From the sequence record NC_019929.1: a DNA stretch of 64,000 nt. The stretch is one strand, 5' to 3'. The position numbers and the translations under genes are program-made. Under the pieces are notes generated by a model. The model searched no databases and was not told the origin of the DNA. It saw only the letters and a list, made by a program, of their open reading frames with translations. Positions 29,397 to 40,658 of this stretch are shown here, in pieces. Position 1 is the first letter of the stretch, and each line of letters begins with the position of its first letter.

Positions 29397-30305
29397 ATGG
29401 CACTCGAAAACGCTTACAGCGGCAATCCCTTTAGCAGCCTTGACCTGACACGCATCAAAGCTGACCTGGAACTGGCCCGTTCACTCAATCAAACCAGACC
29501 GCAGTCTGACGAAGTTCACTACGTTATTGAAACTGCCGATGTAAAACCGTTTCCTCTGCCGATTGTGATCGGCGACGACGTGTATGTTGACGCACGCACG
29601 TTTACCACGCTGGACAAATCCAACGAGCTAAAAATTCGTAACCTGACTGAGCACGCACTGCGACTCGACCAGGCACGTTGGGAATTAGTGTGGAAACGGA
29701 ATGGCGGAAAGCTGGGTGCACTGATGTCCCAGATGTATTATCACCATGAGATTTTCAGTAAATGGGTGACCGATGCCATCGACCACGCAAATACACTCGC
29801 TCCATATCAAAGCGCACAAGTCAAAGCACTGGCCGCGCTTTTCTCTGTGGGGCAGTTCTACAACAACTTCGAAGACGAAGTAAAAGCACTGCGGATGCAG
29901 CAAATGTTGGAGAACGAACTGGGTATTGCGAGTGAAGTGTTTGAATCGGTAACGGGACATACTGATTACTTATTCCCCCGCAACATCAGCGAATTCGTTG
30001 AGATGGTGAAACAGGCTGACATCAGTTCCCGCCTGAAAGACCTGAGTGTGGTCAGCCTGCAAGCCATGCTCTCGGCAAGCTTTGGCCCGTTCGTCAGCTA
30101 CGACCGCCAGTTGGCGACCAGCGCGATCGAATACCCGCCAACGCTGTTCTGCATGACCAAAGCGTGTCTGGACAACAACATGTTTAACCGTTTCCGTTTC
30201 GGTGGCATGGTGAAGAAAACCGACGCAGCGAAAAAGAAAGACAAGTTCGAAGGTACTTTCAACACGCTGATGAACCAGTACACTAAACCCCTGAACACAA
30301 AGTAA
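29397..30305 (+). CDS. Virion structural protein (phiKZ gp28 position)
   Basis: 302 aa, divergent from the sheath, first gene of the terminase operon. Confidence 0.6.
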   Translation: MALENAYSGNPFSSLDLTRIKADLELARSLNQTRPQSDEVHYVIETADVKPFPLPIVIGDDVYVDARTFTTLDKSNELKIRNLTEHALRLDQARWELVWKRNGGKLGALMSQMYYHHEIFSKWVTDAIDHANTLAPYQSAQVKALAALFSVGQFYNNFEDEVKALRMQQMLENELGIASEVFESVTGHTDYLFPRNISEFVEMVKQADISSRLKDLSVVSLQAMLSASFGPFVSYDRQLATSAIEYPPTLFCMTKACLDNNMFNRFRFGGMVKKTDAAKKKDKFEGTFNTLMNQYTKPLNTK

Positions 30306-30315
30306 GAGGCCCACT

Positions 30316-32835
30316 ATGGAGAACTGGCTGGTCGCCCACGCCGTTAAGAATGCGTGGCAGCGTCCGTACCTCGACGGGGAGTTGAACATCGCTCCCTTCC
30401 GACTCTCTCCGCAAACCGGGGCGATCGGCTTTTTCAAACACGGTCGGCTTCCTGTCCCCCTCCCAAAAGAGGGGAGTTGGTGGCACGCGTATGTGATTGA
30501 CAAACTGCACCTGAATTGGGGCAACCTGGCGATTCCGGTAAACCGCTGGAAGAAACTGTCGACCTGTGTAAACGGGTTCAGTACCTGGATGCAAGTATAC
30601 AACGAAGACGGTACGATTATTCCAGCCGACTCGGTATACTTCTGGCGTACCATCGCCGGACAGATTTACATGGCGATTCCCCAGACCGATCGCTATAAGT
30701 GGTTGGATACGGAACCGTGTTATCTGCGCATCTATGCTGGTTACAATGGTGGCAACAATGCCCCGGTGATTAAACCCACTTTCACGGAGTATTACGCCCC
30801 GCCGAATCCGCAACAGATTCAGGTGGTGCTCGATCGCTACAACTTACTGAAAACCCAAAACGTGGGCTACGTTGACATGTGGGTTAACGGTAAGATGGTT
30901 CTGAACCCAACCACCTCGAGCATGAAGTCGTGGGACGATGTGGATGTGCGAGTTGATGGGCGCGCGCGCCGAGTGATTGATTACCGCTGTGGGGATTTGC
31001 CAACGTTTTATTCCGATTTGGATAAGACCCGTAAATACCTGCTGCACATCCCGAAGAAAGACGGTCAATGGATTTTCAACGATGACGTTGAGATTCAGTT
31101 GCTGTGGAAAGGGGAAGGGCGGTATTACCACCTGCACCGCCAGCAGGCAGTACGTCAGTTAACCTGGAACGATTTGGCGATTCCTACGGAGCGCATTTCG
31201 AAATACCGCAACACGTTCAGTAACCCGTTAAACGACATCGACGAATTAACCATTCGCTTGATTATCCGTGACGACTACCTGGACTTGGCCCCGCTGTATA
31301 ACTCTTCCCACACGCATGACCTGTACCGTCTGACCGATGAGTTAATCATCGATGCGATGGTCGGGGCCAATGCGAACGTGGCCGAATGGCAAGCCGCCAA
31401 TTTGGAGAAGTCTGCGGCCAACCGTTTAGCGGCAGCGAAGTTACGGAACATTACCCGTGACCTGGCGACGGATGCGTACGGGTATAATGCGGTGTCGTTG
31501 TATGCCGCGGATACGCCGCAGCGGTTAGTGGCGCAACCCGGTGGGTCATTACAGGGTGTTCTGCCCGACCACCTTGCAGCACTCTCAACCGTGTACGAGT
31601 ATGACGCGGACGGTGTTCTGCTCGAGAAGCACGCGAACAAAGGGTACGACATTTACATTGCTCGTAACCCGCAAGCCCGTATCATCGAAGCCATTGCCTC
31701 GGATGCCTCGGATGCGGTACACATCGTTGACAATGCCCCAGACTTCGAAATCGAAGAGGGTATGAATGTGAATCTGTGGATTCGTATTCTGAAAAACGAA
31801 GTACCGACCGATGACTATTACCAGGCCGTGGAAGACGAAGATTACCAACGCAAAGACAACCAGATTACCTGGACAGTCGATCGCACACGTCGTCATCCGA
31901 CGGTGATTTACGATGACAAGCATCTCTTCTTTGAAGTTGATGTGAATGTCAGCGAAGGGCAGATTCGTGTGCCGATTGTGGCGCGTAACCAATCCGGGCA
32001 ACAGCGTACTTTGTGGATTCCGATGGAATCGATTGAAGTGTGGCTGAACGGTCACCCGCTGGTGCACTCCATTGACTTTGTGGCTATTTGGCCTGAGGTC
32101 GTGGTGACGTGTAAAGCCTGGATGAGTGACACCGACACTAACCGCGTGGCAGTACGCTGTCGCGGTGTGACGGGATTAATGCGGGTGCCGAAGTGTGGGT
32201 TTGTCTCCAGTGGGTTACTGTCCAACAACAGCCAATACGACTGCCGTGATGACAAAGTGATTCGCGTAATTGGGGGCGGGTCGCTGTTACTGCGGGACGA
32301 GGTTATCTTCCGCGAAGACAATGCCATTGGTACCGACATCGTGGCTGACGGGTTCCCGTACTCTGTCGCTGACCCAACGATTCCCCTGCGCACGTTAATC
32401 AGCGGGGACTTGTACGCCCTGCGTGATGCTGCCCGTGACCTGGATGACCGTGTTGAAGCGTACCTGACCAACTGGTTCCCAACACCACCGCCGGTAAACC
32501 CGGTGCCGTTGCCTGGCCGGTATCATTTGTACTCGCCGACACTGAACAAAATCCTCTGGGATTACCTCAATGGGATTTTGATTCTGAAAGAGGACGACCC
32601 GGAATACCGTATCTCCACAACCCAACTTGACGACATCATGGAGCGTTACAAAGACCTCCTGAATTTCGACCCGGCGTATATCGGGTACGACAAAGCGTTT
32701 GTGAAACTGCATCCGCACGTTAAGTACGAAGTGGTGGAAGTGAACGAGTTAGGCTTTGCCTTCTTGGATCGCGTGAACCAACGCTATCTGAATGGCGAGG
32801 TGCAGCTTAACCAGTATCTGAAAATCAAGGGTTAA
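30316..32835 (+). CDS. Virion structural protein (phiKZ gp27 position)
   Basis: 839 aa; synteny. Confidence 0.6.
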   Translation: MENWLVAHAVKNAWQRPYLDGELNIAPFRLSPQTGAIGFFKHGRLPVPLPKEGSWWHAYVIDKLHLNWGNLAIPVNRWKKLSTCVNGFSTWMQVYNEDGTIIPADSVYFWRTIAGQIYMAIPQTDRYKWLDTEPCYLRIYAGYNGGNNAPVIKPTFTEYYAPPNPQQIQVVLDRYNLLKTQNVGYVDMWVNGKMVLNPTTSSMKSWDDVDVRVDGRARRVIDYRCGDLPTFYSDLDKTRKYLLHIPKKDGQWIFNDDVEIQLLWKGEGRYYHLHRQQAVRQLTWNDLAIPTERISKYRNTFSNPLNDIDELTIRLIIRDDYLDLAPLYNSSHTHDLYRLTDELIIDAMVGANANVAEWQAANLEKSAANRLAAAKLRNITRDLATDAYGYNAVSLYAADTPQRLVAQPGGSLQGVLPDHLAALSTVYEYDADGVLLEKHANKGYDIYIARNPQARIIEAIASDASDAVHIVDNAPDFEIEEGMNVNLWIRILKNEVPTDDYYQAVEDEDYQRKDNQITWTVDRTRRHPTVIYDDKHLFFEVDVNVSEGQIRVPIVARNQSGQQRTLWIPMESIEVWLNGHPLVHSIDFVAIWPEVVVTCKAWMSDTDTNRVAVRCRGVTGLMRVPKCGFVSSGLLSNNSQYDCRDDKVIRVIGGGSLLLRDEVIFREDNAIGTDIVADGFPYSVADPTIPLRTLISGDLYALRDAARDLDDRVEAYLTNWFPTPPPVNPVPLPGRYHLYSPTLNKILWDYLNGILILKEDDPEYRISTTQLDDIMERYKDLLNFDPAYIGYDKAFVKLHPHVKYEVVEVNELGFAFLDRVNQRYLNGEVQLNQYLKIKG

Positions 32836-32837
32836 TC

Positions 32838-34481
32838 ATGGCCAAGATTGCTACCAAATTAATCGACAAGGATCGCGGGTTCGAAGTGTGGGACCCGAGT
32901 GAATTGTATCAAACGGGGAAACCCACGGGGTATGTGCCAAACCCGAAAGACCTTATCATCAACGAAATCACCAGTGGTTTCGATCGGGTGGTCAGCACCA
33001 ACTATGCCGTACCCAGTTGGGAAGTTGAACCGTTCGGGGGTGTGGGTGTGGCAAACCAGGATGGCCGGTTAAACGGCCACTATGCGCTGCGTTCTGACAA
33101 ATACCGTGTGTACGTTGACAGCTCTAAGTTGCCTGCGACCATGGTAATTGACGATGCGGTGTCCTGGGATGGCCCAGACATCGATGGGGTACGTATCTTG
33201 CGTGGCTCCAGCGTGTCGGATGCCGCAGAGATTCTCTCGGGCTTCTACAAAGACGGTAAACTGAAATACACCTACCTGCCAACCCAAACCATTTCGGTGG
33301 AAGGGGCGGACACGGTGGTGAAGAAAGCTTTACCGGGCAGTTGTCTGGCAGAAGTCAGCAACGGTGAAGAGTGCATGTTCATCGTGTATTCCGATGTCGG
33401 AAACGTGGTGCAGATTGCCCACGGTCATATCGTCAAAACCAATTTGGTGATGGCGCAGGAAACCCCGACACGTACCGTCCTCGGTATCAAGTTGATTTCT
33501 CCGTTCCTGGTCGATGACGACGGTACCACCCTGACCCTGCCGATTAACATGCCACTGGATTCGATTCCGCTGTGGTGTGATATTCAGTACAGTGACGGCA
33601 CCAAACGTCTGCCGATTGACCAGGCGCGTGTGAAGTTTAACGGTCTGCGTAACTCCGGTTCGCAAGACACGTTCTACATCTCCTCGAATGCCGGGAACAA
33701 ACTGCCGTGCGTGTTAAGTTACCAACTGGCCAAAGGGGAAACCTACGGCGGAACGGATGTGGTCGGTGACACCATTGTCAAGGACTACACCGCGGTAACT
33801 GAGCAAGTGGACGGGGCGTACTCCATGAAACTGTTCGTGATTCCGCGCTGGCTTGATGCTAACCGTGGCTACCGACTGGACTTCATGTTGTATAACCTGA
33901 CGCGTGGGAAAGTGTACGATGCGACCGCCGCCATCCAATACACCAGTGGGACAACCTTTGACCCGCTGCTGATGGGTGTGAAGCAACGTCTGAATGTGCA
34001 GGTCGATATCTCGAAAGTCGATGCGCAGTTCCGTGCGTTTATTCAGGCACAATCGTTCGCGATTACACTGGTGAACCCAGGTAACGAACTCAACACCAAC
34101 TTCCTGCTGGAATACTTGCCAGATGGCTTGAAATACGGTCAGGAGATTTGGGCTGAGTTTAAATACTCCAACGTCAACTACTCTGAACTCGACGTCAGTG
34201 TGAAAGCTGCATCGAAAGCCGAATGGTTGAAAACGCTGTATGACCCGGTCTACCCGCTGTACGATCGTCGTAACGAATCAGGGCCACTGGAGCCGACCCA
34301 CTTTGAAATCCACGTTGGCGGCAAGGTTTACACCTACACCGTTGATGAATGGATGACGAAGAAGGTTATCGACTACCGTGTGGCACTGGATGCTCCGCTG
34401 GTTATCCGTTGGATTCGTCGCACACCAACCGATACGTTAAACCTTGCGGCCACGCCAATGTTGGCGCACCACATCGAGTAA
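32838..34481 (+). CDS. Virion structural protein (phiKZ gp26 position)
   Basis: 547 aa, beta-rich; directly upstream of the terminase. Confidence 0.6.
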   Translation: MAKIATKLIDKDRGFEVWDPSELYQTGKPTGYVPNPKDLIINEITSGFDRVVSTNYAVPSWEVEPFGGVGVANQDGRLNGHYALRSDKYRVYVDSSKLPATMVIDDAVSWDGPDIDGVRILRGSSVSDAAEILSGFYKDGKLKYTYLPTQTISVEGADTVVKKALPGSCLAEVSNGEECMFIVYSDVGNVVQIAHGHIVKTNLVMAQETPTRTVLGIKLISPFLVDDDGTTLTLPINMPLDSIPLWCDIQYSDGTKRLPIDQARVKFNGLRNSGSQDTFYISSNAGNKLPCVLSYQLAKGETYGGTDVVGDTIVKDYTAVTEQVDGAYSMKLFVIPRWLDANRGYRLDFMLYNLTRGKVYDATAAIQYTSGTTFDPLLMGVKQRLNVQVDISKVDAQFRAFIQAQSFAITLVNPGNELNTNFLLEYLPDGLKYGQEIWAEFKYSNVNYSELDVSVKAASKAEWLKTLYDPVYPLYDRRNESGPLEPTHFEIHVGGKVYTYTVDEWMTKKVIDYRVALDAPLVIRWIRRTPTDTLNLAATPMLAHHIE

Positions 34482-34524
34482 AACCACTCCTCCTCTCCTT
34501 CGGGAGAGGAGGTGAGGAGATTGT

Positions 34525-36633
34525 ATGATACTGCGTGAATCTGATTGGGGATACTATCCGGGTTCGTTACCGGATGACACCACACCCAATAAGAGCTTTA
34601 AGAAATTTGCGAGTCTGCTTAACCAGTTAGGCGTGAAACATTACTACGTTCACCTCGCGCTGCACAACCGTGACCTGCTGGGTGTCGACCCGTTCTCACC
34701 AGACTTAACGCTGGAACAGAAAGCGGCAATCATTACCGAGTGTGCTGAGAACCCGTGGTACTTCTTCCGCGAATGTGTGCGGGTACCTGCGGATGGTATG
34801 AAAAACGGTTTACCCTTTCGTATCGACCGCGGTAACTTTTCGATGTACTGGATTTTCTTCAACAACATCGATGCGGCAGTAGAGTTCCTCCGTCAGCACG
34901 GTAAGACAGTCGGGATGTCCGCGCTGCTGTTGTGGCTGATGCGCTTCCTGGAGAACTCCCGTACCATTCTCGTGACCAAAGGCCCGGCCCTGCGTGAAGA
35001 AACCATCAACAAGATGAAACAGCTTCGCAACGGATTACCGGATTACCTGTGGCCACACCATCCGGATGACCCGGATAACCGTGAGACCTTTGCATGTCTC
35101 GCGCAGGGCAACAAACTGATTACCGGTATCGGTCAGAACGATGCAGAATCAGCAAACGGTGTGGGGCGTGGATTAACCGCCGGTCGTCTGTTCGGCGATG
35201 AAGGCCCCTTCACCAAAAACATCCACCACATCTTACCTGCGGCACTGGCATCGGGTACGGCTGCGCGTCGTATCAACGAAGCCGAAGGCGTCCCTTATGG
35301 AAACGTCTTCGCCACTACGCCAGGTGACCTCGCCACGGAAGAAGGCGCGTACATGTACGAGCTAATGACTTCCGGGATTATGTGGGATGAGCGTTACATT
35401 GACATTCCTTCGCGTACCCAGCTGATTGACATTATCCGCAAAGGGTCAACCGCGAAGATTCCACGTATCATGTTCTACGTGAAGTACAACCACCGACAAC
35501 TGGGCACCACCGATGAGGAGCTGGCAGACATGATCGCCAACGCCCCAGGTACCCCTGACCAGATCCGCCGTGACTTCGGTGGGGAATGGACTACCGGTGG
35601 CTTTAACAAACCGTTCTCGGGTGATGACGCGCGTCGCATGAACGCCTCGAGAATGCGTGCCGTGTACAAGGACATTTCTCCGTCCAACTACGTGACCGAC
35701 TGGTATTACACCGAAGAAGAGATGATCACCAAGTTACACGATCGCCACATCATCGGTCTGGATACCTCGGAAGCCGTAGGGCGAGATGCTATCGCAATGT
35801 CGATTGTCAACTCTATGAACGGGGAATACGCTGGGAAGCTCACAGTGAACGAAACCAACGTCATCGGGTTTGCTATTCACCTGGCAGACTTCATGGTGCG
35901 GTATCCGAACACTGTCCTGATTCTGGAACGACGGTCAACGGGTTCTTCGGTCGCGGATGCTATCATCCTGCAATTGCAGTCGAAGGTACCTGACCTCCAC
36001 CGTCGCTTGTATGTGAAAGTGACCCAGGATTATGCCCGTACTCATGAGCTCTACAAAGAGTACCACCGTGGTCCGGTGGGGAGTGCGGAACGCTTCTGGG
36101 ACAAGTTCCGTAAATACATCGGTTTTTCAACCGACCAGGATAAACGCCGTAAGCTGTACGGTGAAGTTTTCACCATGGCGTTACGCCTGACCGCGGACAC
36201 TTTACGGTCTGGTGAATTAATCGACCAAATCCTTAGTCTGGTTGAACGTAACGGTCGTATTGACCATAAAGCGTCCGGGCACGATGACTTGGTTGTCTCT
36301 TGGCTTCTGGCGATGTGGCTGATTCTGTTCGGTAATAACTTAGGCCATTACGGCATAAGCAACAGCCGACTGATGATGCGCAATCGTAATTTGTTGGAGA
36401 ACAAGGGCGACTTTGACGAAGAGGAACAGGTCGAGGAGGAAGAAAAGCAACAAAAACTGATGGGGGAAATCGAGGAGGCTATCCGTTACTCAGCCGGGTT
36501 ATCCGATCCGGTTCAGCAAATGGCAAGTCGCAATCGGTTGCAATCTCTCATTGCCCAACTCAACACTGATACGCGAAATGTCGCGTCGATGGAAAGCTTG
36601 AAAGAGCTTATCCAACGGCAGAGGATGAAGTGA
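34525..36633 (+). CDS. terL: Terminase large subunit
   Basis: Walker A RQHGKT, Walker B LFGDEG, ATTPG coupling motif, RNase-H-like IIGLDTS and HDDLV. Confidence 0.9.
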   Translation: MILRESDWGYYPGSLPDDTTPNKSFKKFASLLNQLGVKHYYVHLALHNRDLLGVDPFSPDLTLEQKAAIITECAENPWYFFRECVRVPADGMKNGLPFRIDRGNFSMYWIFFNNIDAAVEFLRQHGKTVGMSALLLWLMRFLENSRTILVTKGPALREETINKMKQLRNGLPDYLWPHHPDDPDNRETFACLAQGNKLITGIGQNDAESANGVGRGLTAGRLFGDEGPFTKNIHHILPAALASGTAARRINEAEGVPYGNVFATTPGDLATEEGAYMYELMTSGIMWDERYIDIPSRTQLIDIIRKGSTAKIPRIMFYVKYNHRQLGTTDEELADMIANAPGTPDQIRRDFGGEWTTGGFNKPFSGDDARRMNASRMRAVYKDISPSNYVTDWYYTEEEMITKLHDRHIIGLDTSEAVGRDAIAMSIVNSMNGEYAGKLTVNETNVIGFAIHLADFMVRYPNTVLILERRSTGSSVADAIILQLQSKVPDLHRRLYVKVTQDYARTHELYKEYHRGPVGSAERFWDKFRKYIGFSTDQDKRRKLYGEVFTMALRLTADTLRSGELIDQILSLVERNGRIDHKASGHDDLVVSWLLAMWLILFGNNLGHYGISNSRLMMRNRNLLENKGDFDEEEQVEEEEKQQKLMGEIEEAIRYSAGLSDPVQQMASRNRLQSLIAQLNTDTRNVASMESLKELIQRQRMK

Positions 36634-36869
36634 TGACTCTAACTTACTATATCGTAGTAGCCCTGATGTGGGTTTGTCTGTTTCTGATGGTAAGACATAC
36701 CTGCACCGTGGTGAACAATTATGGTCGGCGTTGTGGTGCGTGTTCGCGCACGGTACGCATGGCTCAGTTCACCGGGGTGTTTGGCTTGTTTGTCGTCGGT
36801 ACAGGTGCAACCTACGCGGCGAGTGTGGTACTCGCTTTACACACACTTGCTGTCTCCGGAGTCCATTAA
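36630..36869 (+). CDS. Small two-TM membrane protein
   Basis: 79 aa with two hydrophobic stretches; GTGA overlap with the terminase stop. Confidence 0.6.
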   Translation: MMTLTYYIVVALMWVCLFLMVRHTCTVVNNYGRRCGACSRTVRMAQFTGVFGLFVVGTGATYAASVVLALHTLAVSGVH

Positions 36870-36898
36870 ATCCAGAAACTCAAAAATAATTCGAGTTA

Positions 36899-36935
36899 GC
36901 CGCTACCCTTTCGTGGGGTAGCGGCCTTTTATTTT
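36899..36935. terminator. Bidirectional terminator
   Basis: GCCGCTACCC...GGGTAGCGGC stem plus T-tract between convergent genes. Confidence 0.75.
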
Positions 36936-38310
36936 ATTTCTGTAATGAGCGAATCAGGAAATACAACAGCAACGCATTACGCAATGCAGCAAGCGCAGAC
37001 TCGTGACGGATGTGAGTTTCCTTGGCAGCCAGTTTCTCAATCCGGGTACGCAACGACAACACGTACGGGTTCGGGGATTTTGATGCCTGGTACAGGGAAC
37101 GCATCCGCAGCAGTACCGTGCCTGCATCGTTGAAGTTCAAGCGACTGCTCACGACTTCGTCAAATGCATGGGACAGGGTGTCTTCCATGATGCTGTTAAT
37201 CTCATCACGCTTCTTACCCAGGGGCAGTCCGGCGATGTAACTCAGCAGCTGCTTGAGGGCCGCAGGCGATGCCTTCGGAACCATCTCCAGCACCACGCGA
37301 GCCAACTCTTCCTTGTACAGGTTGTTGATGTCGTAAGAGGCATCGAACAGGTTCTGCTTGGCAATGTCCAGGGCACCGACTTTGTCACGGATAATGGATT
37401 CACCGTCCAACTCAATACGAGAGGACTGAATCACCATGCGGCTGTTTTCCCGACGTACCCGGTCTAACACGGCGTAGTAGTCTTTCACGGTCTGTTTGGT
37501 ACGAGTGTTCAAGTCCGTGATAAACCGCAGCACCAAGTCCGGGGTGTCGTAGCGCTTGACCGCATCGTAGTTCGGGTAGTCTGGTGAGCAGAAATACTCC
37601 GCACGCTCCTGCATGTGCAAGCCCCAGTTGCCCAGACGACGAATGTCAAACTTTAACGACAGCATCGAGTAGGTCACCTCGGCCGCATTCATATCCACCG
37701 GTTTCGGGAAGAAGTGGTAGTAGATACTCGAGTAGAATTTGAACTGGAGAATCACCACCAGATCAACCGCCGCATTACGGATCTCTTTGTCGCTGAATTT
37801 CGGGAACATCAAATGCAGCAGATAAGTAATGGTCAGGTTGAAGGTGTCCCCGGCCACGTTCCAGTCGGTGTTGATGGCTTCGGCTTCTTTGATAAGCTCG
37901 GCCAAGAAGTCTTCGTCGACTTTCAACACTTCTTCGAACAGGCGGTTACGGTCGGAGTCGTAAAAACGAATCTGGTGCACGCCCAACAGGTTCGACCCAC
38001 GCCACTCGACGTTGCCGTCACGGCCCAGAATCGATGCAACGTACATCCGCATCCGCTGCGCCATCTTACGGTCAATCACCACGCCCTTAAAGGCGTTGTC
38101 AAACGCTTTACGCAAGCGGTCATTCTTAAGGGCTTCGGTGGCAACCACCATCCCCATCGGAACATATCCGCCAAACCCGTAATCGTAGTACAATCCGGTG
38201 GCGAAAGAACCGTCGTCAAAGAAGGGGTCACGACCGTGTCTTTCACGGGCAACTTTTACCTCGGGACTCGCGTAAAGTCCTGATGCAAAATCATAAACTA
38301 GATCGGACAT
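36934..38310 (-). CDS. Conserved jumbo-phage protein, probably virion structural
   Basis: ORF 36934..38535; start moved to ATG38310 (MSDLVY) with GAGG RBS, since the longer frame overlaps the divergent gene. Confidence 0.65.
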   Translation of the reverse strand: MSDLVYDFASGLYASPEVKVARERHGRDPFFDDGSFATGLYYDYGFGGYVPMGMVVATEALKNDRLRKAFDNAFKGVVIDRKMAQRMRMYVASILGRDGNVEWRGSNLLGVHQIRFYDSDRNRLFEEVLKVDEDFLAELIKEAEAINTDWNVAGDTFNLTITYLLHLMFPKFSDKEIRNAAVDLVVILQFKFYSSIYYHFFPKPVDMNAAEVTYSMLSLKFDIRRLGNWGLHMQERAEYFCSPDYPNYDAVKRYDTPDLVLRFITDLNTRTKQTVKDYYAVLDRVRRENSRMVIQSSRIELDGESIIRDKVGALDIAKQNLFDASYDINNLYKEELARVVLEMVPKASPAALKQLLSYIAGLPLGKKRDEINSIMEDTLSHAFDEVVSSRLNFNDAGTVLLRMRSLYQASKSPNPYVLSLRTRIEKLAAKETHIRHESALAALRNALLLYFLIRSLQK

Positions 38311-38323
38311 GGCATGAACCTCT

Positions 38324-38347
38324 AAAAAATTACGGATAGATATTATC
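38324..38347 (+). promoter_or_regulatory. Putative phage promoter motif (AAAAAATTACNGATNGATATTATC)
   Basis: Nearly identical to 58303..58326; upstream of the plus-strand gene at 38384. Confidence 0.5.
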
Positions 38348-38383
38348 CTTTTGATAGTAGTATACCTAAAGGAGATTTTTCCC

Positions 38384-39517
38384 ATGAAGAAATATGAACG
38401 CAAAGCAACGTGGCACAAAGCGCTACGTTCCGGTACGATATCAAAAGACCAGGATGTAAAGATGTGGGTATTGCCACACGGGGTTATCTGTGAGTTAGCC
38501 CGTGTTGGGGGTATGCCGATTCTACGCAACGGCAACTATGACGCCGTCAATTCTTTCCTGGCGAAAACACTGTCTGATGCGGGCATTGAAAACGAGGTGC
38601 TGTTTTATACCACCCGTGTTATCCCGCAGACGTTATCGCGTTGGCTTACACACTGGTTGTCGACAGACCCCGGTGAAAACGATCCAGAGCTGAGTTCCGT
38701 TACCGTTACCACAATGGGACAATATCCGCAGAAACCTTTACCCTTTCAGGTTAACGTGGTGGAGCCAGTTCTGGTGAAAGCAGGGGCTGTGTTTGAGAAC
38801 ATCAAACAGAAATCCCGTAATAACGCCGTCTCTCAATTTATCGTTGAGGCGAACGGTGTGCAATACCGACTAGAACCGGTGCGTAACACCACCGGGAAAA
38901 TCATTGACTGCACAGAGTACGGCTACGTGGTCCGCACACCCACAGGTCACACTTTCCTGGCAACTATGATCTCTCGTCGCATCCAGTCGCAGCTAAAACA
39001 TTACAATGTGCGGCCGGACGATCTTATCGGTACCGAAGTTAAGATCGAATATACGATGTTTACCGAAGGGACTCGACTGTGCAACTTCAAGTCTTCGATA
39101 ATTTATCGAAGCATTGCCCTGGATAACATGGGCGACTCTTACCCTGCCACATACGATGGCCCGAACCTCTTTAAGCAATTACCAGGCGGTAGCAATCCAG
39201 CGCTCTTGACTGTAACGCGTTGCGGCCGTGCGGATATTGCGCTAAGAGAAGGGACAATTTATGGCATTGAGCGGGAGTCCGGTGAGACCCTCTTTAGATT
39301 TGAACCTGGCGTATCGCATGGTTTGTATGCGGCGCAGTTCGAACACAAAGGGGTGACCGAAACCTGGCGTTTCGTATCTGAGTTTGCTGTGGATGTTATA
39401 GACCCGACCGCATTCGTGGAGAGTGTGGCTACCCAAATCTTTGGGGCAACGGGCTATAGTCTACAAAGGCTTGGACTGTGTTACGCTGAAACCGAACCAC
39501 AGTCAATGGAAACTTAA
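38384..39517 (+). CDS. hypothetical protein
   Basis: ATG38384 after AAGGAG; 377 aa. Confidence 0.8.
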   Translation: MKKYERKATWHKALRSGTISKDQDVKMWVLPHGVICELARVGGMPILRNGNYDAVNSFLAKTLSDAGIENEVLFYTTRVIPQTLSRWLTHWLSTDPGENDPELSSVTVTTMGQYPQKPLPFQVNVVEPVLVKAGAVFENIKQKSRNNAVSQFIVEANGVQYRLEPVRNTTGKIIDCTEYGYVVRTPTGHTFLATMISRRIQSQLKHYNVRPDDLIGTEVKIEYTMFTEGTRLCNFKSSIIYRSIALDNMGDSYPATYDGPNLFKQLPGGSNPALLTVTRCGRADIALREGTIYGIERESGETLFRFEPGVSHGLYAAQFEHKGVTETWRFVSEFAVDVIDPTAFVESVATQIFGATGYSLQRLGLCYAETEPQSMET

Positions 39518-39527
39518 GGAGCACCCT

Positions 39528-40037
39528 ATGTTTACTGCGCCAACCATGCTCTCTGGTAGCAGCCTGCGAGTAGCGTGCCAAGATGCACGCCTCATGGAAC
39601 TCTGCGATCAGAGCATACTTACTGCGATGATGACCCACAACCCTTTAGGTGACTACGGAAATACCAGCGAGATATTGGCCGTTGCTGCCGTGCTCCGTCG
39701 TATTTACGGTCATTTCACAATCGTGGATCTGTGTGACTTTATTGACAACCATACCGATTTAGCGAAAGGGTTGGTGGCGTTAACACAAGACGGTGTATCA
39801 AGCTTTGATAGCGGCATCGGCAACTTTTTGGATATTGGCTCAGGCTTTGACTCGGGGATGATGTTTATCACCCGTGAACGCTATGTGGCCGTTTGGGAAT
39901 TCATGGCGAAGATGGGCGTGAACGTGCCGTCTAAGATCATGTACTACCCGACTCACGATTTGAATATCTTCGGTGAGCCAGGACTCTGGGTAAAACCCGT
40001 GCACCTGGGACTTGACGGACTGACCGTTAAGTGTTAA
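39528..40037 (+). CDS. hypothetical protein
   Basis: ATG39528 after AAGGAG. Confidence 0.75.
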   Translation: MFTAPTMLSGSSLRVACQDARLMELCDQSILTAMMTHNPLGDYGNTSEILAVAAVLRRIYGHFTIVDLCDFIDNHTDLAKGLVALTQDGVSSFDSGIGNFLDIGSGFDSGMMFITRERYVAVWEFMAKMGVNVPSKIMYYPTHDLNIFGEPGLWVKPVHLGLDGLTVKC

Positions 40038-40046
40038 GTATCCAAC

Positions 40047-40084
40047 GCGCACTCTCTTCGGGGGGTGCGCAACACTTTTTTATT
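40047..40084 (+). terminator. Intrinsic terminator (UUCG loop)
   Basis: GCGCACTCTC-TTCG-GGGGGTGCGC then T-rich tract. Confidence 0.7.
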
Positions 40085-40102
40085 TCCTAAAGGATAACGA
40101 GT

Positions 40103-40651
40103 ATGTTCCAATTGTTTAAAGACGTGTTCTCCCTGACCTCGACCCCGCACATCTCCCTGGCAGAGAACTGGCAGGAGGACATCGCCAACCAAATGCGTGA
40201 CCTGGTACGTACTGACCGCATGGAGAATCGTTACGTGGTGTGGTACAAGGACGACAAGCCGTATTTCATCTTTGTGGTCGCGCCTGTCGAGGATCGCCAT
40301 TACCTCTACGTCAAAGAGCACCTCAGTGACGAAATCGTCAACGGGCTACGCGGTACATTAAGCGAAGAGGGGGATGTGAGCAAATACATCCTGTGCAGCG
40401 ATTTAAGGACACCAATCGAATTAGCGGCGGCAACGTTCCAGGGAGTGGCTATCGACATCCCAGGGAGCGTTACAGACGACGTAATCGTGCAATTCATCGG
40501 AAGCGCCGGGGAGGAAGTTGTCCGTCATCGGAAAACGCTGGCCCCTGGTCTGTCACCGGTGTTGTTCCTGTCGGGTAATTTCACTGTCGAGGACATTGCC
40601 GAACTTGAACAAGCGGGTTTCAAGTTGGGTAATCTTCTGTACAAATTTTAA
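40103..40651 (+). CDS. hypothetical protein
   Basis: 182 aa, AAGGA RBS. Confidence 0.8.
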   Translation: MFQLFKDVFSLTSTPHISLAENWQEDIANQMRDLVRTDRMENRYVVWYKDDKPYFIFVVAPVEDRHYLYVKEHLSDEIVNGLRGTLSEEGDVSKYILCSDLRTPIELAAATFQGVAIDIPGSVTDDVIVQFIGSAGEEVVRHRKTLAPGLSPVLFLSGNFTVEDIAELEQAGFKLGNLLYKF

Positions 40652-40658
40652 CCAATTT

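Noticed and set aside
36630-36869. Holin assignment for the two-TM protein after terminase
   Set aside because: Hydrophobicity is the only evidence, and there is no adjacent endolysin or spanin.
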